Positions 24,853 to 39,715 of a stretch of 64,000 nucleotides of DNA are shown here, one piece after another. The stretch lies in contig OZ024750.1 of the NCBI GenBank assembly GCA_964016885.1, forward strand, positions 51,956,001 to 52,020,000, written 5' to 3'. Within the stretch, counting starts at the first letter, position 1, and each line of letters opens with the position of its first letter. Under the pieces are notes generated by a model. The model saw nothing but the letters and a program-made list of their open reading frames with translations. It was not told the DNA's origin and made no database searches. A program made the translations under genes and the position numbers. Origin of the DNA: Eledone cirrhosa (lineage: Eukaryota).

Positions 24853-26710
24853 TCTTCGAGTCTCAGTCATTGTTGTTATTTAACTGGTAAGTTTGTTGAA
24901 ATGAATACCAAGCCACTACCTGCAGCCTCAGATATTCAGGGCGTATCGGAGGGTTCTTGCTGTTCCCACAAGCAAGCCTTTTGAAGTCTTCCAAAAAGCG
25001 GGGCTGGGCTAATCTTCTTTAACCATCCTTGGAAACTCTTCGAGATAGTACCTAGTGCGCCTATGACAATCGGGACCACTTTGACCGCATGGCAGTTCCA
25101 AATCCTGTTTACCTCCCACTTTAAGTCCTGGTATCGGCTAATTTTCTCCCTCTCCTTCTCTTGCACTCTTGTGTCGAATGGGCAGGCCACATCCACAATC
25201 AGGTATGATCTTTTTTCCTTGTCCAAAACCACCAAGTCAGGTCTATTGTGTTCCAGTTTCTTGTCCGCCTGTATCCTAAAATCCCACAGCACCTTCACCT
25301 GATCGTTTTCTATCACCGACTCTGGCTTATGCTCATACCACTTCTCAGAATGTGGTAAATTGCTAACTTTGCATGGATACCAGTGGATCACCCTGCCTAT
25401 CACATCATGTCTCCAGCCTTTATAGTGAGTCTGGGCTAGGTGTTTACGCTCGGATACAATGTGGGCCACAATCTCCTCTCTCTCTCCACAGATCCTACAC
25501 AGTGAGCTAGCCTCCTCCTTGTCAATATGGTGTTTCACCCACTTCGTTTTGAGGGCCTGCTCTTGCGCAGCCATTAGCATTCCTTCTGTAGCTTTTTTAA
25601 GGTCTCCTCTTTTTAACCAGTTCCATGTCTGTGGATCTCTAAATTCCGTTTTCTTAAAGAAGGTTCTATGAAGGGATTTTTCATGAAGGTTGCACGTCCT
25701 CCTTGTTGTTATTTCCTCCTTGGACATCCCCTGGTCTATTGTCCTCTCCTTCAGTACAATTCTGAGCATTGTGTCCTTACTATCAGTCACGTATTTGTGT
25801 AGGTTGTTTTTCTCCATCTGAACACAGTCCTCTATGCTGATAAAACCTCTTCCATCAACAGATCTCTTTAAGTTTAGTCTATCGACATCACTCCTCTTGT
25901 GGAACATGTTGTAGATAGTCAATAGCTTCCTAGTCTTCCTATCCATTTCTTTTTGTTCAGCAACATTCCATTTCAGAATTTCCGCACTGTACCTAATAAT
26001 AGACACAGCTCGGGAATTCACTGCACTTATGGCATTCCTACTATTTAGATGTGATTTTAATACGCTCCTTACTCTCCTTATGTACTCATATCTTATCAAT
26101 TCCTTCATTTTTTGTTCTTGACGTCATCTGCCTCCAGAACACCTAAATATTTGTATCCCTCTTCAGTGTCAATTTCCTTTATCATCTCACCTGTTGGTAC
26201 CTGGATTCCGTTGCTTCTCACTAGGACTCCACTCTTATTAACACCAAATTGCATACATATATCATTGCTGAAAATACGGACAGTGTCAACAATTACATCC
26301 AACTCCTTCTCACTCTTCCCAAAGAAATTTAGATTGTCCATGAAGAGGAGGTGGTTGATGGTAAGCTCTCCTCTTCCCAACTTGTGCCCTGCTCTCACTT
26401 TTCGCAATATGACAGACAGGGGTATCAGGGCAAGGACAAACAACAAAGGGGACAAATTATCTCCCTGGAAGATACCTCTCTTGATCTTCACGCCTCCCAA
26501 GGATTCTCCACCGGATGTTAACTCTGTTTTCCAGGATTTCATACTTTTGTTTAATAGCTGTCTGATGTTATCTGCCACCTTGAAGATCTCTAGGCTTTTG
26601 GTGATCCAAGAATGAGGTACCGTGTCGAATGCCTTTTTGTAATCTATCCATCCCATAGCAAGACCAGTGTGCCTCCTCTTGCAATTCCACATTACCATCT
26701 TATCAACTTG
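24853..26710 (-). mobile_element. R4/Dong-type LINE, same family as 13255..15716, 5'-truncated, (TAA)n-flanked
   Basis: ORFs 26105..26698 and 24936..26108: WIDYKKAFDTVPH, IFQGDNLS, CRICGE, HNRPDLVV, VDVACPFD; 3' UTR near-identical to 13255-13330. Confidence 0.93.
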
Positions 26711-26751
26711 GGAAATGAAGTATTATTATTATTATTATTATGTTTTTTTTT

Positions 26752-26791
26752 CGTGCAATGGCCATACTCGATAACGAGGGGGCAGCCATCA
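26752..26791 (+). mobile_element. Very short LINE 3'-tail fragment (RTE-like stem-loop tail)
   Basis: cgtgcaatggccatactcgataacgagggggcagccatca followed by (TGTA)n; a second copy lies reversed at 32056-32093. Confidence 0.5.
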
Positions 26792-27169
26792 TGTATGTAT
26801 GTAAGTATGTATGTATGTGGTTAGGGTATTTGTAAAGTCATGATTTCGATTCTCTAACCAGGTGTCATGTTGTGTCTTTGTGTTCAAGTTCTGGCAAAGA
26901 TGAACTGTACCAGTAATTCAAAGGGCCAACCTTGTCACACATTTCTTCAAATGATGTATTTAATAAAATCCATTTAAATGTGGTAAAACTACACAATAAT
27001 GATTACAAAGCCGCAATCTTTCAAGGTGCTGGTTGATTACGTTAGATTAAATGATAAACATTCGGCCGTGCTAATGTTGTACAGATCTTCCAGAGCGTAA
27101 TGGAGGATTTCATTAATTTCTACAGCTTCAGAGATAACAAAGGGATTTCCTGCAGTCATCAAGCAAATG

Positions 27170-27259
27170 TAAGGAGAGAAAGAGTGAATCAATGAAAAAA
27201 AGATAGAAACAAATAAACAAACAAAGAAACAAACAAACAAATAAAGAAAGAAAAAACGA

Positions 27260-27295
<36 letters not shown>

Positions 27296-27395
27296 AAACG
27301 AAAAAGAGGTGAAGAACGCTAGGGTGGAAAAGACATGGTGGGAAAAGAAAAGCAAAAATATGAAAAGTTAAAGAAAAAAAAGAAAGAAAGATGGA

Positions 27396-27429
<34 letters not shown>

Positions 27430-28040
27430 TATTGGATTAAAAGGGAGAAATAAATGGTGTAAATTGTTTTATCTTTACTCTGGTATTCACTCTGGAGTTT
27501 CTAATTTATTTTGTGTCTGTTAACAATATTCTAGATTCTGTTAACACTGTCTTAGCTAAAACAGTGGCCCTTATTGTGGATAACTTAGCAAGGTAAAACC
27601 AGTGGGCCCGTATTGTGGGACTGGAGCACTAGATATGTGTGTATCTATATACATATATGTATATATGTATGTATATGTATGTAGGAATGTATACATGTAT
27701 GAATGTGTGTATGCATACATGTATGTGTGCGCACGCTGGTATGTATATGTATATATGTATACGTGTGTGTATTTATAAACATAATTTATGCATGTTATTC
27801 TAAACATAACTACGTGAGTGTGAGTATCAATTATTATATCAATAATTATCGGTTAATGTGTCAATGTAATTATCTACCTTTCATGTGGAAATGAGTATTT
27901 GTGTGCTTACATTTATTTCTATATATATTAATCACTCAGCTATGTCGATGGGAAAATTAGTTAGATGAACAATTTTGTCAAAAGCTGTGAGTGTAGAATA
28001 TTTGCTTACTTCAAAAATTGACATAATATTTAGTTGTGTG

Positions 28041-28111
<71 letters not shown>

Positions 28112-28292
28112 GTTTCTACTTTTGGCACAAGGCCAGCAATTACCCAGTACATTACTGGTACCTTATTTTATCGACTCCGTAAGGATGAAAGGCAAAGTTG
28201 ACCTCGGCGGGATTTGAACTAAATATTATATATATATATATAATATTTAGTTGTGTGTATTTGTATATACGTATATATATAATATTTAGTTG

Positions 28293-28324
<32 letters not shown>

Positions 28325-28642
28325 CGTGTGTGTATGCGTGAATGAAGTAATTCCGTCGGAAAAGTCCAGGAAAAAAGAGTGCTCTATGTAGGTAACAGAG
28401 CTTAATAGTTATGTAATAAACAACATAAGGCAATTATTTCATTTACCAGTGGTTTCTTAAAAGCAAAAAAAATGTTGCTTTCAATCATCAGAAAGAAAAA
28501 ATCCTGGTGTATTTATTGACGTTGGATTTTAAAAACAAAAATATAATCTATATGAAAGTGAGGCTGGAAAAGGAAGAAGGAAAGGAAAAATAAAATAAAA
28601 ACACACATGCAAACACACACACACACACACAATTATATACAT

Positions 28643-28689
<47 letters not shown>

Positions 28690-29271
28690 CACACACATAC
28701 ACACACACACACACACACATATATATGTGTATATATATACATACACATACATATACACATACATACAACCACACATAAATATCAACATATCCATACATGC
28801 ACATACATATATACAACCACACACACATATATATATATATATACACATACACATACATATACATACACATATATATACACATACATACATACACACAATC
28901 ATACGTATATACACACGTACATACATACACATACATACACACATATATATATATATACACGCATACATACGCATGCACAAAAATAGAAATATATACACAC
29001 ACCTCTACATACTCACACACACAAATAAATATTTTAAAAAATATATAATAATAAAAAACATAAAAATGAATATAAAGACTATTATAATGTTGACAGTGAT
29101 ACAGGCAACAAATAAATGAACAAACACACGTGGTAAGCAATACACACAAATGCACGTACACATACATACGTAAAAATAAATACATACACACACTCTCACA
29201 CATAAATATACATATACAAATACATAAACACATACATACGCATACACAAATACATACACACACACACACAT
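27170..29271. repeat. Low-complexity block: (GAAA)n, (TA)n, (CA/TA) mixed microsatellites
   Basis: Directly visible. Confidence 0.85.
28108..28220 (-). mobile_element. SINE (main family), 5'-truncated
   Basis: aattgtttctacttttggcacaagg..cggcgggatttgaact. Confidence 0.85.
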
Positions 29272-31337
<2,066 letters not shown>

Positions 31338-31747
31338 GATATATGTGTGTGTGGGGGGGGGGGGGTATGTGTGTATAAACAAGAAATCAAGAGGTTAAAA
31401 TTAACTTCGTTTATTCATATTCGCTGTAATATATATTTAACTTGAACAGAAAAAAGAGAAAAACATAATTGTGGAACAAAGTTTACCTCCATTATTTCGG
31501 TCCTTTGATATGCCCTGTTCTGAAGTGTGGTGTTGTTTTCTCAAAGAACTGGTGGCATATAATTTAGAATGAACGAATTCAAGCATCGGTAGAGTACACC
31601 TTCCTCTCATTGGTCAGATACTATCTTAACATTCCAATTCTATTGAATTTCTTGGCTCAATTGTCCTTGAAACAGGTCAGTCTGTTAGGGTTGTTCTTAA
31701 CATATATAGAATAAAAAGTTCGAGGTTAGATCTTCATTACATTTATT

Positions 31748-31838
31748 GAGGTGTGATGCCCGTTTCGCGATTGATCAACCCAAGGCTCGATCTGTATCGA
31801 TCAGGCCCGACTCTGGAATCAAAATCTCGTCAGACCTC
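31748..31838 (-). ncRNA. Hammerhead ribozyme motif with long branched stem II (PLE-type)
   Basis: gaggt-CTGACGA-~60 nt-GAAAC-gggc-ATC-ac-acctc; same family at 37320-37420 and 47593-47681. Confidence 0.65.
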
Positions 31839-32020
31839 TGTTATGGTAAACTATATATATATGTACAACAGTGACATATACAACGCATTCGGCCTGTTAT
31901 ATAAAAAAAATGCTGGTTTTATTCAAATTAAAGATCTTCTTTATATAACAGGCTGAATCAGTTTGGGTGTATAACCCAACGAAACCTAAGTACCTGTATA
32001 TGTCAGTGTTGTAACTACAG

Positions 32021-32055
<35 letters not shown>

Positions 32056-32974
32056 GATGGCTGCCCCCTCGTTACCGAGTATGACCATTGCACGATATAA
32101 CATTATTAATGATTATTAATTAATTCTATCGTGCAATTCCTGTGCATGAAGATATTTTTTAAAGTGAGGAAAAACTGTGCACTGAGCCAATCCCACTCTC
32201 TGAGCGACAGTAGCTATAACCTGAAAAGAAGAAAATATCAACATCATCGGTAACTACTGAGCCCGCAGATTTTATATCGGAGTTATCCCAGTTTCCTGAG
32301 TTGCAAACGAATCGAATGTTATTATTAATATCCGAAAAGCTACGGCCAGTATCACAAACCTGTAACATATCCTGATCAAGCAATGCATGTGCTTTGAATG
32401 TTTTTTTATTTGACGAAAGGCCTTGCACTCAACCAATCCCTCTCTCTGAGCATCGAAAACACTACCCGAAAAGGAGATCTAGTCAACATCATCGGATGCT
32501 TCCAAAGCCGCAGGTTTTTTTTCAGAGTTTCCCTCTCCTAGAAAGGTGTGACAACAATTAGGGGCCTTTCACTCCCAGATGAAAACAAAAGTACTATTTG
32601 GATGGCCGTTGACTCTGCTGAGTTCCTCCGCCCTTTGCAAAGTCTTGTATTTCATCCTTCAGGGTGTCCAAATATCACCCTCCTCACCAAGCAAGCTTGG
32701 TGGGGTTGCCGGTTTAGTCACCGACGACCCGACCAGCACTTTTTTGTCTGCCAGGCACTGGGTGAATTAATTGCAGACCTGGATTGCCGAAGCAGGAGCT
32801 GCGCCAGCAGTGACAATTGTAGTTTCGCCTATGGATATTATCTCTGTGCAAAGAAGTGTTGAAATTTATTGTTTCAAAGTACTTAGACGATGCCAGCCGA
32901 ACAAAGTACGTAGACGATGCCAGCCGAACAACAGAGCTGCGATGGAGTTGTTCTGCATGGTTGTCTGTGTGTTT

Positions 32975-33440
32975 TTTAAATTTAAGACAGTAAGGAGGGG
33001 TGTGATATGGGGGAGAGTTGTTGCTGTTTCTAGCAGGTTTAGTGACCTCATAGAGGATATGTTTTCTAAATTTAAGACAGTAGGGAGTGGTGTGATATGG
33101 GGAGAGTTAGCTGCTGTTTCTAGCAGGTTTAGTGACCACATAGAGGATATTATTGTGTATAGTAAATGAACTGATACTTCTTTCTTCCACGTTCGTTGAT
33201 AGATGTTTTAAAAAAGATTTATCGCTATTTTTTTGTTGTTGAATAAATTTATCTGTTGCTTTTGAATATGGGGAGAGTTAGCTGCTGTTTCTAGCAGGTT
33301 TAGTGACCTCATAGAGGATATTATTGTGTATAGTAAATGAACTGATACTTCTTTCTTCCACGTTCGTTGATAGATGTTTTAAAAAAGATTTATCGCTATT
33401 TTTTTTGTTGTTGAATAAATGTATCTGTTGCTTTTGAATA
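32975..33440. repeat. Overlapping tandem duplications (90-bp x2 and 180-bp x2)
   Basis: taaatttaagacagta..gaggatat repeated at ~32977 and ~33067; atatggggagagttagc..tctgttgcttttga repeated at ~33096 and ~33266. Confidence 0.8.
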
Positions 33441-33533
33441 ATTGTTGTTTCGTATGAAATGTAATAAGTTCTCTTTGTCATTGAAGTAAATGAATGTTTG
33501 ATCGTTCCACACTCAAAAACAAACGTTCTCTCC

Positions 33534-33606
<73 letters not shown>

Positions 33607-33620
33607 TAAAGTTTGTAAGT

Positions 33621-34076
33621 TTATCTATAAAAGGCAGATTGTTGTTGTGTATGTGTGCATGTTCTATGTTTATACATTTGCACAATTTCAAATCGATTCG
33701 ACTCAACATCTGTAGGAATATTGTAAATGGTCTAACTTAGGTCAACGACTATTTATTTCATTCAAACTCACCCATTATTACGAAATCCCCTTAAAATTCG
33801 ATAAAACTACATACATGCTGCAACTTTCTCTGGTGAAGGGGAGTAGAGAGAAGAACCTGATTGTATTAGAGAGGTAAAGCGTCATGTATTTAGTTTTATC
33901 GATTATTTCCGTTAATGTGGGTGAGTTTGAAATAAATAAATAGTCGTTGACCTAAGTTAGACCGTTTACAACATTCTTACAGACATTGAGTCGAATCGGT
34001 TTGAAATTGTGCAAATGTATAAACATGGAACATGCACGCACACACACAACATCAACAATCTGCCTTTTATAGATAA
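33621..34076. repeat. Long imperfect inverted repeat (arms ~165 bp, spacer ~120 bp)
   Basis: 33621-33786 is the reverse complement of 33905-34076. Confidence 0.9.
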
Positions 34077-34200
34077 TTGTTTCCACTATTGGCACAAGGC
34101 CAGAAATTATCCCAGTGTATTACTGGTACATTATTTTATCGACCCCCCGTAAGGATGAAAGGCAAAGTTAACCTCGGCGGGATTTGAACTCAGAATGGCA
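34075..34200 (-). mobile_element. SINE (main family), 5'-truncated
   Basis: Tail, core and B box in reverse orientation. Confidence 0.85.
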
Positions 34201-34231
34201 AGGTTCAAATCCCGCCAATGATGATGATATA

Positions 34232-34366
34232 TAACGGAGGAGTTGTGGTAAGGAACCAGATGGACCATAACGCACCAAAGTACTCAATACTTAGGGTTGT
34301 AGAGTCGGTAATAGGAGAAATAGCCGTCGAAACGGCTTGAGCTCTGCCGTCGGGGCCATACTTTCT

Positions 34367-34370
<4 letters not shown>
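34232..34370. mobile_element. Short fold-back element (PLE-like 3' end), same family as 48401..48596
   Basis: aacggagga..tgtggtaaggaaccag..gaccataacgcaccaaagtactcaatacttaggg shared; inverted partial copy taggagaaa..tttctccta; (TA)n flanks. Confidence 0.65.
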
Positions 34371-34406
<36 letters not shown>

Positions 34407-34409
34407 ACC

Positions 34410-34508
34410 ACTCTTGTGTATAGAGAGGTGGTAGTAGCAGCAGATGTGAAGGAATACAACTACGAACACTGTTGCTGCTACTACCACCTCTCTCTATACA
34501 CAAGAGTT
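34410..34508. repeat. Small hairpin, ~33-bp arms
   Basis: actcttgtgtatagagaggtggtagtagcagcag / ctgttgctgctactaccacctctctatacacaagagt. Confidence 0.9.
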
Positions 34509-34917
34509 CATTTTACAGTCTCCTTCTCAACAAGGAAGATGCAAAAACTTACCTCAACACTTAATTTTAAATCTTTGATTTTTAGTTTTTAATCCTTATT
34601 AATTCTTTTTAATTGTAATACTCAACATTTGATAAGATGAATTTTAATAATACATCGAAACCGGTAATACTTTATATACTTTATATACTTTATATACATT
34701 ATATACTTTCTATGCTTTATATACTACATCATAAAACTCTTTTTTTTAAGAATTGTCCCTCTCATTTTTTCAATAATGTCACTTTGACGAATCAAAGAAA
34801 AGGAAAAAGAAGAAAAACAGAGCCTTAAATATATTTTCAGTGCTATTTCCACTGAGAGAGATACAAATACTATCTAGTTGTATATGTGTGTGTCTATATG
34901 TATATATATATATATAT

Positions 34918-36442
34918 ACTAACACCTCCACCCCAAACCCGACCACCCTTCCCCAACTAACATACTAACATCCCTCCCTTCTTCTCCCCCCTCCCCTTAT
35001 CACACGCACACATCCACCGGTACATATATACACGCTCTCACACTAAACACACACCCTACTACCACCACTAATCCTCACCCCCACATATCCACCCCACCAC
35101 CCCGCAACTAACATCACTAACACCCTACGACCCCACGCACACGAACACCCACTTACACCACCCACTCTACACGCAACTAACATCACTAACACCCCCCAAC
35201 CCTACGCACACGAACACACACACCCAATTACACCACCCACTCTACACACCCTACCACCACTGACCCCCACACCCGCATTCAACCCTTTCCCCACCTCCAG
35301 TATACTAACACCCACTAACACCCCCTTCACCACACACACACGCATCCAAACACGCACACACACACACCAGTACACTACACTCCCTCCACCGGCCCCCACA
35401 CCCTTTTCTCCCCGCTCCACCCACATCCTTTCTCACACACACACACATCCCACTAACACCTCTACTAATACACACACACACCCTCCTCACTCCAACTTTC
35501 ACACCTACCCATCCTCTCCCCTGTCCACCGCACCTCCGCACACACTGACACATCGACTTTCTTCACTTACCATTCTACCCGACTGCTGCTATGCCCTTAT
35601 CTCTGACCACATCCCCGCGCACACAGACACACAACCCTCCTCCTGCCTTGACCCTTTGACCACGTCCTGTTGCGCGCGCACCCACATCTCCCCTCTTCCG
35701 ACCAACCACGGATTACACATATTGAACATCGATCCCTAGAATCCACCACATCCGAAGGATATTACCCAGCATTCCACCACATCCTCTACGGAACTACCTT
35801 AAGGACTCACCCACTGACATACACTCAAAAAAAATTTTCCCACACGCCACCTACATCCACAATACGCATAAACACCACACACACACGTGCGTACCACCAC
35901 ATATTTACACACTTAGCCTCTGGAATCCTCTCCCCCACCCCTCTGACCCCTCCCCATCCACACACGCACACACACACCGACCTACATCCCACCCCACACA
36001 CACCTCTTCCTGAACATGCAACCCCGTTCTTCCCCAACTCTTATTTTCACATACACATACACACATACACACGTACACCTACACACACACACCACTTTCA
36101 GCCCTCCCCGCTCGGACACCCCGCCTCCCTCTCCCCACTCCACCCGCCACCACCCCTACACGCGCCACACCCTTCCACCACCTGTTTTACTTCATGTTTA
36201 TTTTTATTTTTATTATGCTTTTACATTTAATTTCATTTGTACCGTTTCCTCTCACCCCCTTTTTTCTATATGTCTCTCCACCACTCCCCTACACACCCTT
36301 GGAACTCTCTTCCCACAGACTTTTCACCTGAAGAAGGGCTTATGCCCGAAACGTCGTTCCCCACCACCACCCCACTCTCAAGAGCGTGAAACTAATAAAC
36401 CTTTATTCGTACTGCCTCTCTGTTTTGTTCCCGTTCAATTTT

Positions 36443-36446
<4 letters not shown>
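34918..36446 (+). mobile_element. C/A-rich probable PLE 3' region between (TA)n arrays
   Basis: Strong strand-biased CA-rich tract ending in an HHR (36328), AATAAA (36394) and (TA)n. Confidence 0.55.
36325..36358 (+). ncRNA. Minimal hammerhead ribozyme
   Basis: CTGAAGA-a-GGGC-ttat-GCCC-GAAAC-GTC. Confidence 0.8.
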
Positions 36447-36506
<60 letters not shown>

Positions 36507-36585
36507 TATATTATATTTTGAGAATAAACTCTCAGTCGTTTACAATAATTCAGCTCCAAGAAAAGGGGCATTTCCGAGCAGTTAA

Positions 36586-37250
36586 ATACATTAAAATATA
36601 TGATAAACACAAAACGTGTTTGCATTGTAACAGACAAAGTTAGCCATTAATGAAATAAACTAATTAAAGTGAATACAATTTGTCTGTCTCGATATAAGTC
36701 AATAAAGACAAGCTTATATTGGCAAAGGCCGTGATTCCTGGACAAATCTAAATTTCAAAATCCAAACCCGCTCCGTAGATGAATTTGAACCTCGAAACCT
36801 AAATGTGTTTCGCAACGATGGTACGTGAATTGAAAAGTAAAGAGAATCGAAATGGCTAATTTGGCCTGGCTACACACGTGTAGTCAGACCTGCTAAATTT
36901 TTGATGTGGAATATACTAATCTTACTGGGTTCCTGTTGATAAGCACAGAAGATTTGGATATTTCACTTTTTATTTCAATTCCATTTCGATTCTCTTTATT
37001 TTTCAATTCACGTACCATCGTTGCGAAACACATTTAGGTTTCGAGGTTCAAATTCATTTACGGAGCGGGTTTGGATTTTGAAATTTAGATTTGTCCAGGA
37101 ATTACGGCCTTTGCCAATATAAGCTTGTCTTTATTGACTTATATCGAGACAGACAAATTGTATTCACTTTAATTAGTTTATTTCATTAATGGCTAACTTT
37201 GTCTGTTACAATGCAAACACGTTTTGTGTTTATCATATATTTTAATGTAT
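36586..37250. repeat. Long near-perfect inverted repeat (arms ~270 bp, spacer ~125 bp)
   Basis: 36586-36855 is the reverse complement of 36981-37250; right end runs into (TA)n. Confidence 0.92.
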
Positions 37251-37319
37251 ATATATATATACTATATATATACTAATGGAATATATATATATAATCCATT
37301 TGTATCGGCTATATTGCGG

Positions 37320-37420
37320 CTGGTAGGGCCAGATTGATACAGATCGAACCTGGAACTGATCAATAGCGAAACGCACGTCACTACTCAATAAACGTAATGA
37401 AGACATAACAAAACGTCCTT
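37320..37420 (+). mobile_element. Partial copy of the branched-HHR family
   Basis: gggccagattgatacagatcgaacc..ctgatcaatagcGAAACgcacGTCactactcaataaacg matches 47620-47720. Confidence 0.65.
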
Positions 37421-37583
37421 TTTATTATTATTATTATTACACTCTGCTTAGCTCTACACCTCTATACTTACTGGAAACTATACAAATGGCGGCGATATTG
37501 AACTGAAATAAGTGCTAAGCACTCCACAATAAATTGACATAAACATGAAATTTGCAGTGGTTGGTTTTCCGATTACCAATTAT

Positions 37584-37768
37584 AACTGTTTCTACTTTTT
37601 ACACAAGGCCAGCAATAACCCCAGTGCATTACTGGTATTTTATTTTATCGACCTCGTATGGATGAATGGCACAGTTAACCTTGGTGGGATTTGAACTCAG
37701 AAAGTAAAGGGCCATAACTTTATGCTGCAATGCATGGTCTCTAACGCTTCACCGATACTGCCAATCCA
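37584..37768 (-). mobile_element. Full-length SINE with 15-bp TSD
   Basis: TSD ccgattaccaattat at 37569-37583 and 37769-37783; A-box-like tggcagtatcgg, B box gttcaaatcc. Confidence 0.9.
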
Positions 37769-37821
37769 CCGATTACCAATTATGATAAAGATATTTAAAT
37801 TATCCCAATTTACCTGTTACG

Positions 37822-37968
37822 TCTGTGATTGATCGGCCTGATTTGCATGTTAGCAGACTGGCCAGTCTGCTGATATGCAAATCTGGCTGTATCAGTGGAT
37901 CTGCTAATATGCAGATCTGACTGATCAGCCAGTCTGCTAACATGCTAATCAGGCTGATCAGTCACAGT
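37822..37968. repeat. Short inverted repeat built from internal subrepeats
   Basis: ctgtgattgatcggcctgatttgcatgttagcagactggc / gccagtctgctaacatgctaatcaggctgatcagtcacag. Confidence 0.8.
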
Positions 37969-38030
37969 ATATTTTTGAATATAGCATATATTTTCACTAG
38001 CTCTGATAGTTTGGCAGGTGTACAGTGACC

Positions 38031-38067
38031 TGTACTGATGAAGGATGATACCCAGAAACATTAGTGT
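38031..38067 (+). ncRNA. Degenerate hammerhead motif
   Basis: CTGATGA-agg-atgatac-cca-GAAAC-ATTA; weak stem II. Confidence 0.45.
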
Positions 38068-38232
38068 CTGCAGTTCTGTTCGCATGCCAACCAACACAAG
38101 AGCAAGAATGAAGTGTTCAGTCTACTGACATGGCTATAAAATTGAGGGTTGTTTGCATAATTGCAAACGAATCGAATGTTATTATTAATATTCGAAAAAC
38201 TAAGATTACATTTATTGTATTGAGCGAAATTT

Positions 38233-38305
<73 letters not shown>

Positions 38306-38311
<6 letters not shown>

Positions 38312-38898
38312 TATATACACGTACATACATATATGTATACAGACGTACAGTAGTATGTATATATATATACATACATGCACATATATATATATGTACGTAT
38401 GGATTCACCGAACATTTATTATAATGCTCGGTGTGTTTGTAAACAAACATCCGTATTAAGCCGTAGTGTCTAGCAACCATCGTTGCTCGTTTGTTCAACA
38501 CTGACAAAGGAACGCTGTACTAGTTTCAAGCTTATTAGCTATCGTCAGCAACGTATACCTTCCGGCCAGATTGTTGAACGTATAAACTTACCTTATGCAT
38601 ATTAACGGCTGAGTAGCCCAATTTGCATATCGAGTGGGTTAATCGGCCGAGTGCACCGAAAACGATAAACGGAAAAAATGAAACGAAATTTCATTTCCCA
38701 CTCTTAGTACGGCTGTTACTTAAATATAAGTATGTACACGTACATACATATATGTATACAGACGTACACTAGTATGTATATATATACATACATGCACACA
38801 TATATATATGTACGTATAGATTCGCCAAACATTTATTATAATGCTCGGTGTGTTTGTAAACAAACATCCCGTATTAAGCCGTAGTGTCTAGCAACCAA
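38306..38898 (-). mobile_element. PLE terminal (pseudo-LTR) partial tandem, same family as 49200..49745
   Basis: Direct repeat 38306-38479 / ~38726-38898; contains an HHR. Confidence 0.7.
38512..38554 (-). ncRNA. Hammerhead ribozyme
   Basis: acgttg-CTGACGA-t-AGCT-aata-AGCT-t-GAAAC-ta-GTA-cagcgt (helix I pairs). Confidence 0.8.
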
Positions 38899-39535
38899 TT
38901 AAAGATACCAATTAAACTTTGACATCACAATGGGAGCATCCGATTCATCCCAATTGACAGATTTAATTGGTATCTTTATTTTGAACTATTTGAATCGGAA
39001 AATTCCTCAACTTCGTGGTGGAATTTATCGTGACGATGGACTCTTTACTATCTTAAATTGCAACATAGTTAACCTTAATATTATTAAGAACAATATACGG
39101 AATCTCTTTAACCAACATAACTTAAAAATTGAATTTGATAACAACATCAAACTAGCTAATTTCTTGGATGTATCTTTTAATCTTGACACTGGCCTATATT
39201 ACCCTTACCATAAAAACAATGAGAACCTAAATTATATTAATTTTAAATCTAACCACCCCACTAATATTAAGAATGCTATAGTTAGTAATATTGGAAAAAG
39301 AATATCCAACCTATCATCAAATAAAAACATCTTTGATGCTAACGCCAATTACTATAATAACGCGCTTTCTAAAGCCGGTTATCCTGATAAAATCAAATAT
39401 ATTAAAGAAACAAATTCTAGAAGATCTTACAGTAGAATAATTAATCATGATCATTCCAATAACTTTAATAAAAGACCTAGATACAAAAACATAATCTGGT
39501 ATAATGCTCCTTTCTCCATCTCAATTAATAATAAT

Positions 39536-39715
39536 TGTTTCTACTTTAGGCACAAGGCCAGCAATTACCCAGTACATTACTGGTACTTTATTTTATCGAC
39601 CCCGTAAGGATGAAAGGCAAAGTTAACCTCGGCGGGATTTGAACTCAGATCGTAAAGGGACATAACTATGCTGGAAAGCATGTCCGACCCTCTACCGATA
39701 CTGCCAATTCACCAC
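39536..39715 (-). mobile_element. Full-length SINE inserted in PLE ORF with 20-bp TSD
   Basis: ccatctcaattaataataat 39516-39535 / ccatctctattaataataat 39716-39735. Confidence 0.92.

Noticed and set aside
32975-33440. Repeat-spacer-like pattern (CRISPR-like)
   Set aside because: Simple 90- and 180-bp tandem duplications with no unique spacers; eukaryotic context, no cas genes
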